Assembly (NCBI GenBank): GCA_046563655.1
Contig: CM102289.1
Span: 434,001-498,000 of the forward strand
Source of the DNA: Yuukianura sp. NJ FZ-2021
Taxonomy: Eukaryota
Direction of reading: 5' to 3'
Length of the DNA stretch: 64,000 nucleotides
The position numbers and the translations under genes are program-made. The notes under the pieces are model-generated. The model had not been told where the DNA came from and searched no databases. It worked only from the letters and a program-made list of their open reading frames with translations. Numbering within the stretch: position 1 is the first letter of the stretch; each line of letters begins with the position of its first letter. Positions 55,548 through 64,000 of the stretch are shown here, in pieces.

Positions 55548-57458
55548 ATGGCCGATTCAGGATTGCCGTTGTACCCCACTGGGCCGACGACGCTTGAGCC
55601 ACGACCGGAAGGCGTCAACTCCCAAGATGTTCGCAGAGTTCGGCGTGGACGGCACGAAATCGACCGTGCAGTCGTCTGGAGCTCCATTTTACACCGCATG
55701 CATGGAAGCATCGTCAACGAAGCACTGCACTACAAACTCCAAAAAGCCAAACATCATGGGCCAACGACTCCGGAGGGACAGAATTCGTCGGGAGTACCGA
55801 TTCACCCGGAACGAAACGGTACCGACGCAAAACGGCCGTCCAAGTTTGATTGGTGGTGCTGTGCAGTTTGCAAGAGAAAAGCTCCGCCCCCTCCTGAAGA
55901 TCCCAGTTTTATCGTGTTTCCACAACTGCCGCTCCAACCGGAAGTTCCGGCAACACGAAAACAACGAATCCTCGCCTGTGTTTCAGCGATCGTCGCTTCG
56001 GCATTGTTCGGTATTTCCATCTTTCTGGCACAGACGCTGATCGGAACTTTTGGAAACTCCATCGAACTGGTCCTGTGGTACCTGTTTACCGGTAAGCCAA
56101 AATTTCTAAAAATTTTCAAGATTTTTAACAATTTTCAAAATTTTAGGAGTAATTTTGACGTCAATTCCGCCATACCTTTTTTTCCGATACGTTTCCGACC
56201 GTCGTCGGAAAATTTGGGGAAGATTGCTAGGAGATGAGCAGTACATCAACTACAAGCGTGGAGCCATGTGCTCTGTAACTTTAACACAAAATTTCAAATT
56301 AAAAAAAAAAGTTGTTTTTTTTTTGAAAAATTACGAATTTTGGTTTTCAGGTACGCTCACTTTGTGGAATTGTTGGTCTGGTATCTGAATACTACGCAAT
56401 GAGCTTCATGGCTCCTGGAGACACGGCGATGGTCATCTGTGCAGCACCGATTTTCGGTGCCATCGGAGCAATGATTTTCAAAAAACGAAAATTCGAGTAA
56501 ACTTTGACCTTTTTTTAAAAAAAACTCAAAGTTTAAAAAAGTTGTACTTGTAGGTGGTATCTTCTCTGTTTTGCGTTTCTTCCATTAATTGGTAATTTTT
56601 CTGCTTAAATCTGCTGAAACTGCAAAAACTAAAAAAAAAAACTAAAATTCCGTTTTTTCTAGGTTTTGGTTTCATTATGCTGGCAAACACACATGCTTGG
56701 GAAATTTTTGTAAAAGTTGACCCAAGATACGTAAGAAAATACTTCCAAACGTTTAAAAACTTCAAAATTTTGCTGAAAAAAATGAAAACCGTTTTTGTGC
56801 CAATTTGGAAAATTTCTAGGCTGGCGTGGGACTTGGATTGGTAGCAATGCTGTCAATGGCTGTGAATCAATACATTCTGCGTTTCCTGCGTTACGTCCAT
56901 CCGTCAATTACGCAATTTGTTTTCGGCGTCACTGGATTCATCATGGCCGTGATTTTCTGCGTCTGCAATCACGTGACGTTCTCTGTTCCTATTGGCTTAG
57001 AAGTCTACTACTTTGGAATATACACTCTGACTTCAATTCTAGCAGAACTATTGTGGCAATATGCGCACAAGGTAGAAAATTTTGTTAAAATTTTTCAAAT
57101 TTCAAAATTTGTTTTGAAAACTTTTCAAAAATTTGTTTTTATAAACAGTACGAGTCCCTGGCTACACTTGGACTCATTCGGTTTGTGGTTGAAGTTCCGA
57201 TCATCTACACTTTTCAACTCTTCTTTCACAAATGGAAGCCTGACGTCTATGTTGGAGGTGACAAAATCCAGAAATGCCAAAATTTCAAAGTTTTTCAAAA
57301 TTTCGGAAAAAATCAGCTTAAAAATTTTGTTTGTGATTGAAATTTTAGTTGGTGGTGCCATTTTAGCTTGTGCAGTACTACTTTGGGCATTGAAGGAATG
57401 CTTTGCTTCTAGTCAGAAGAAAAAACAAACAATAATTCAGAGTTTGGCACAACAATAA
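55548..57458 (+). CDS. EamA/DMT-superfamily (SLC35G-like) membrane transporter, multi-exon
   Basis: Multiple TM segments; RSLCGIVGLVSEYYAMSFMAPGDTAMVICAAPIFG is EamA-like; C-terminal GGAILACAVLL. Confidence 0.7.
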
Positions 57459-57894
57459 AAAAGAAAGTGAAAAAGTACGCCGTACGATTAAAAACACAAA
57501 GTTTTAAACGAAGGTTTTCTCCAAAATTTTGAAAAGTTGATGAGAAAATGTTTAGAGCGTCTGGTGGATATTAAACTTTGCGGGCATTTACACAGCCTTT
57601 GTCTTTGAACTTTTTTTTTCGTCATGCGACAGACTAAATTTTTGTGCAAAGTAAGACAAAGTGTGGTGCTCTTCGCCTGGAACAAAATGTAATGATTGTG
57701 TTAGGAACTTTTGTGTCTCGTGAAATGTCTCCAGGCCAAAGGAGGGATGAAACAGAAGCATCTCCAGATTTAGTGAAATGTCGCTTACAAATTTATATTA
57801 GATTGACAATCGGATGTTCAAAAGTGTCATTTTGGAAGAAAGTTACTGTCAATAGCTTCGGGGAGACACGCGCTTACTCTCACTCTTCAGACAA

Positions 57895-58280
57895 AATAGT
57901 TACTCCCTCCACTTTGTCTCGACGACAGAAAAAAAAAGAAATAGTTACTCCCTCCAGTTCCTCTCAACGAGAGAAAAAACAGTTGCTGCTTTCTCAAATT
58001 TCTGTTGAGAAAAAAGTGTAGTTACTCCCTCCACTTTCTCAAAAGCATAATAGTTACTCCCGCCATTTTTTCAGGGTCAAAATGTGTACTGCATTCCCTT
58101 TGTCTCAAGACCAGAAAATGAACAAAAAAGAAAAGTAGTTACTCGCTCCACTTTGTAAAAAACGAAGTAGTTTACTATATCTTATAAAAATGAAAATAGT
58201 TACTCCCTCCATTTTTGCAGAATCAAATTGTTTACTTCAATCCCTTCAAGAACTTAAATATGAATAGTTACTCCCTCCAC
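57895..58280. repeat. Irregularly spaced TAGTTACTCCCTCC motif cluster (about 7 copies)
   Basis: Copies at ~57898, 57942, 58019, 58051, 58136, 58197 and 58265. Confidence 0.7.
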
Positions 58281-61200
58281 ATTCTCTTTTTACATCACGA
58301 GCTGAGTTTTTCAAAATGTAAGTTTAATAACCTTGTTGAAATTTTCTACTATTTGAAAAAAGTACAAGTGGATTTTATCGACTCTAAAAAATTGTCCTCT
58401 GGAAATTGAATTTGTGTCGAAAATGTTTTCTCCTCTGGATCCAAATTTGGAACTAAAGTTAAAATTGAGTTTGGATTTTGAAGAATAGATTTCCCTCTTG
58501 AATCTCTTTTTCCAAAAACTCTTGAAACCTAATGACATGAACTATGTGAAGACTAAAGTTGTAGAATGGGGGAAAGTGTCGTTTTGGAGTCAGTTTCTTT
58601 TCAGTTGGAGAGAAGTGTAATTTGATCTTGTATTTTTATCCCCTCGTTATTCACTATCCAAAAAGTGATAGGCTTTTATTAAATTTTGGCTCCGATTCCC
58701 CTAAAGATTCTTTCTTGTTTAGTACAGAAGATTAAATTGGAGGATTTAGGTGTTAGACACTTCATTCCTTCCCTCACTCCACAAAAGGAGTGAATTATTA
58801 CCAACTCCAACACAATGGCAACCAACAAAGCACGAACAGGGCCGTCACGCACGGAATTTTACGCACCGGTATTCCAAATGGAATTTCAATCTCACGTAAC
58901 TAAGCACATTTTAGCAAAATTTTACCTGAAAACTCAATGTTTACCAGTTTTGCTGGCTATCCACTTTTCTTGACATTTCGTCCAGTGGATAATATATTTC
59001 ATCCGGTTTTACCCGGCAGAAATGCCTAGATAAATGGATGAAAATGGAAAATATCCACATGTATCTATTTATCCATTCGACAACACTAATTTTTACTGGC
59101 CAAAACTGAAACTTTAGAAATTTCCAGTAAGTTGAACTTTGACGCTCCGTGAAAATTGGACGGAATTTTGTGGACCGCTGTTTTCACTAACTTTTTATTT
59201 TCTGTGACTGTGGTGGCATTGTATATATAGGACGGAATGGACTGATAGACGGACACTTTATTCCGTCCACAATTGATGAACGTCTGAAAAAATCCGTCCA
59301 TGAGAGTTATGTGACCGGAGAAAGTAAGAAGCTAGGAGAGCAGTCGAAGGTTTTTGGGCGGTTGGACAGTTCCATTGTGTTTTGGCATTTCTTTGTACAA
59401 TTCCAGGAATTCAGACACCTCAACCTCTGCAGTTGCTCTCTTTTGAAGCAATTACACCAAAAGAAGAAAAAGTTGCAGTGATGATGAAAATATTTTCAAA
59501 AAAGCCAATCTTTTGTTAGTTTAAGCTTCAGTTGACTTTATTAAATTATACCTCCATCTTTCTCCAAATTTTTCCAAAATTTTGAAAATACATCCACCAA
59601 AATTTTGAAAACGACCTCCCACCAAACTCTCTGTTTATGAAAATATGACCAGTGGTCATAACCATTAATTTTATAATCATTGAGGCTACTGTGGTCCTTT
59701 GTTGTCAAGGGCTCAGAGCCCTTAATTTGAGGAGTCCAAGGGCCCTCCCTTGAAATCGGGAGATCGTTAAGGGCGGTTGCCACAATTGGATTCCTAGTGT
59801 GTTCCTGTCAACATCGTTAAACTTAATGGTTTCTATTCGATTGGATTCTGGAGGGAGAAACTACTTTTCTCTCCCAACAAAAGAGACGAGTTGACTTTTG
59901 GCTCCAATTTTCAAAAAAAGAGAAAGTTAATAAATTTCTCTCCCTAACTCCTTAACTCCATTATTCAAAAAACGAAAGTGAGCTGGTGGGGGGAACTTTG
60001 AATTTGGCTTGAATTACCCGGGTTTTTGAATTTCCCGGGTTTTCCCCCCTGATCCCACCGAACCAGAAAATGGGAGAAACTAATTGATTTGATTCTCCGC
60101 TTTTCAAAGATTTTAAGCTTCCCACTTCATCAGTTCGGCACGGCTTAACCACATTGTCTCCCTTCCATAAATCCCAAAAAACCGAATTTGTCAAAACGAA
60201 TATCAACTGCAACTCTAAATGTCTTCTGTATATTAAACTCATGATTAGGTTAAACATTAGGTTTAGATTAGGTTGCAGCGACGTTTAGGTTATGATGGCA
60301 GATGTACAGTGTGATTCAAAAATTAATCCGCCGTGCTTACAGTTTCCTACGTTTCTTGTTTATTAACAAAACTAAAAAAAAGGATAAAACCAGTTAGACA
60401 ACTGGGCACGGGGAAAAAACATGAAAAGAAAATTCAATATTTAGACTTCAAAATTTAAAAAATGAGAAGGAAAATTTAAATTTTAAGAGTTAAATTGATT
60501 TTTTTTTTGTCAAAAAATTTAACTTTTGGACGAAATGAGTTTGTGCCACCCTTGGAAGTGTCACTTTATGACTCATTTCATCACAATTTGAACTATGTGT
60601 CTCAATTAAACCCTTTGAAAATTTCAGACGTCTGCACACAAAATCCCCCCATAGTTACTCTTTTGTTTACTGTACTAAAAAGTGAGCAAAAGTGAAAGCG
60701 GGAAAGTGAAAGTGCGATTCAAGAATTCAAAAACTCGAAACTCAAAATTTCTCACGTTGCCCCAAAAAATTGAAAAATGGATGGCAAATTGACCAAGTCA
60801 AGTCAAAATTTCCTGCTGCTTCCTAGATTTCTGTAGTCAACTTTATATGTTTATGAAAAAGACAAACTTGAAAAAACTTAAAAAACGCGAAGTTTAAGTT
60901 GGAAAAATTTGATTTAGAACATGTAAAGTTCGAATGTTAAAAACTTTAGAGTACTTCTGACGGTGGACTGAGGTTGTTGGTCGTGTAACATAAATTAAGT
61001 AGTGTATTAGTCCATTGGAGTGTAATTTAGCGTAAAAGCGGAGGATGTGGGATCATCTAAAGAGGCGGGAGGGATCAGGATTTGATGAGACTTTCAAACA
61101 GCAAAACCTTTGAACAGTTCAACTTGGCGGGGAGCGGGAGATTTCAAAAAGAGAGGCAAAACGCTACTAACTTTTTTTTCGAACAGAGTTTGATCCTGCA

Positions 61201-64000
61201 GCATCTGATTTTTTGTTTGAATTCTCATCAAATCTGTCAATGAATAACAATTTTCCAAGGGTTTGCTTTTGTGTTCGTTCACCTGAAGGGACATCATGTC
61301 CAAGTCCCCCCTTCTGTACTTAAACCTACGTTATTAAATGGGCACCCTTAAGGGACCCCAAATGTTAGTTCAGTCGAGCACTCAATCAAATCTAACTCTC
61401 AGAAGTTAGTCCAAACCCAAGCCCGTCTTTGAAAATTTTCATGAATTGTTTCAAAAATTTTGGATCTTCAAAGAAGTCAAATGCTTGACCAGCGCCAGTC
61501 AAATTTTGTGCAAAAACATGAAATTCTGCTTATAAAACTTTTTGAATGGGTCAACAATGAGAAATCAAAACCTTGAAAATGAGAAACAGAGCAGCAAAAG
61601 AAGCGAAAAGTATAACGTGGAGAAACTGTGGAAAATAGAGAATACGGAAAAATTTCATCTTTTTACTTCAAAAAGTTGGAAATTGTGTTGAAATTGTTGA
61701 AGTGGAAAGAATCTAAAATTAAACGATTCTTTTCCTGTGCTTTTACTTTGTTACGTATGTGATTCCTTTTTGAAAAGGAGGAGAATGATGAAGGCGGGAT
61801 TAAGTTGAGGTTTACCGACGTTTGAATTCTGAAAGTGAGGGAGTTTTCAAACTGATTTTGTGTGTGTATTTACACAGAGAGCCCTTTATTGCTTCCTTTT
61901 CTTTTGTTTGACCTTTGGGTTTTGTTTGACCTCTGGAGGTTTCAACGGAAAGTGACCCCATCATCTTTGTGTTCAGCTCATAAGATCCGGATTTAAATTT
62001 TGGCGGTTTTTCATTGTAACAAAAACTCAAATAATTGAACAAACTCAATTCAAGACATGGAGAGTCTAATCGTCTGGAAACACAAATCCTCCTACTTTCC
62101 CAAAATATCTAACAATCTCAACATTTTGTTTAAAAAAAGATTCTTTTTAAGGAGTTTCGAAAAAAAAAGTTCTTTTTAGAATTCTAAAAACGAAAACCTT
62201 AATCTAAAACATTAAATCTGTTTTAACTGTCGCTACTCAAGTGAAACTGATTTGAAAATTGTAGCTTTTTCTATTTGCGGCGAAACCTCAAATCTCAAAA
62301 CTTCTTCTCCTTTTTTCGCTTTCCTACTGTAGTTTTTTTTACCAAACTATTTTAGGCTAATAAATTTTAAATTTTAAAAACTGAATTTTTAAAACATCAC
62401 AAGAAGCACGTGTCCATGATAAAATTTTGATTGGTCAAATCTGAAAAGCGAAAAATTAAATCCTTTTTGTAAGAATCAAAAACTTGTTTCTCCCAAACTT
62501 TCAGACCAAATTGATGGAGTTATTTGTTGTTGAGATTTCAAAAAAAGTTTAATCTTTTTCCAATTGAAGTTAGACTACGTTCATGTTAGCTTATGGTCCA
62601 ATCTGCCCTATATGAAAGAGGGATAAACAAATAAATATTCAAAACGAAGAAGACAAAGGAGCGGGAGATTTAAAACTTCTTTTGTGCTGTGGATCTGAAG
62701 GGGTTTTGGTTCTTATAACATTTAGTTTAGCACCCATGTGCTCCCATTTGTTAAAATGAGAACTCATAATAACCTAATCTCTCCATCAAACCTAACTGGG
62801 AGCCCTTAACCAGGAGCCCTTAGCCTAGCATAACTAGGAGCCCTTAGCCTTACTGGGAGCCCTTAGCCTAACCTAACTGGAAGTAAGCCCTCGCTACTTT
62901 GTCAATCACTCTCAATTCACTCCATTCACAACACAAAATAGAACAGAGTCGTTTAAACACTTTTTCAAAAAAGGCATTTTCAAAAAAACTTTTTCTAAAA
63001 CGGTTTCATTCAAAATCTGATCCCCTTTGTACTTCATTTCTTATTCATTGCACAGAGTGTTGTTTGAAAACACGAGGGACAACCTGGAGCTAAATAACGA
63101 ACACATTAACACGAAACTCAAATGTCATTTTTAAAAAAAAACTCACAATTTTCAAAATTTTGAATTTCGGAAGATTTCTAGTTCAAATCACTAAAATTTG
63201 CTTAAAATCGGAAAAAAGCAAACAGAAAGTTAGAACAAGAACTTTATTGTTGTTTATTAAAGTTTTAATTTTTTGGAGAATTTTACATTTCCTTTGTAAA
63301 TTTTGTTTAAAATTCGTGAGAATTTTGAGAGGACTTGGAGTAAAACCACTATCATGAAAATCGTTTCTTGAAAATCTCAAAAGTACACATTCGAAAATCT
63401 CGCGGTTTAGAAAAAGAAAAACCTTTTCAGAAAAGCTGTTCTAGTTTTCTATCAACTTGAAAATCAAAAATACAAAAACCATGAGTGTGTCCTTCAGTTT
63501 TCAAATGAAAAGCAAAGCCCAAGTTTACATTTTGGCTTAAGAATTTTGTTCAAAAACGAATTTGGGCCACTCGTGAATTTAAAAAAAAATGAAAGAACAA
63601 AATTTTGAACATGTTGAAATGGGAAGAAGTTGCAATTTTCTGATTTGGAGAAAACTATTTTCTGTTTTTTATTGTCGTTGGATAGAAATTATTTGTTTTA
63701 CCGCTTGGATTGAGCGTGAAGTGTTTGCTCATGCGCAGAGCCTTCGTCCGTGGTTTGTAGCGTGTCAAATTTTTGAAGTGCCCCAAATTCAAATTCTTGT
63801 GCCACAATATTAAAAAAGGAGCGGGAAAAGCTGTTCTTCTTGTTTGAAAATTACGTTTTGAAATTTCAATCACATTTTTGGAAGTGCTGTTTCCCTCTGT
63901 ACTGTTTACCATTGGAGTGCTAAACATGTTCACTTTATTTACATTCTGAGTCGGCCTGATTTCATGCCCAAGTGAGCACACTCCGTTTGATCTCCGCTTT

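Noticed and set aside
57895..58280. CRISPR-like repeat/spacer appearance
   Set aside because: Eukaryotic context, repeat too short, irregular spacing, no cas genes
62790..62885. GGAGCCCTTAGCC / CCTAA repeats, possibly telomeric
   Set aside because: Too short and degenerate; more likely a TE remnant
58300..64000. Short ORFs of 60-108 aa
   Set aside because: AT-rich, no recognisable motifs; likely intergenic or intronic DNA

Overview
AT-rich, intron-rich animal (arthropod-like, possibly springtail; inferred from gene content only) genomic DNA. Host genes in order: 3' part of a Cys-loop ligand-gated ion channel, a small secreted Kunitz-like protein, cobalamin-dependent methionine synthase (MTR), three tandem copies of a divergent ionotropic-receptor-like gene, two tandem fungal-type multicopper oxidases, an ER-retained catalytically dead carboxylesterase and an EamA/SLC35G-like transporter. 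The centre is a three-level nest. A BEL/Pao LTR retrotransposon (21514-40139, - strand) sits in the third receptor-like gene. A complete 12,571-bp Maverick/Polinton (adintovirus-like endogenous DNA virus; 23549-36119; 116-bp perfect TIRs, AG...CT ends, 5-bp TSD GCTAC) sits in the retrotransposon pol gene. The Maverick has all core genes (pPolB, integrase, packaging ATPase, protease, major and minor capsid). Its polymerase has three short GT-AG introns, each splitting a conserved motif including YTDTDS, and its minor capsid gene is about 610 codons with a repeat-rich insert. Several MITEs are present, including a Spy-type element inserted at AAA|TTT without a TSD. Several frameshifts are single-base losses in homopolymer runs and may be assembly errors.
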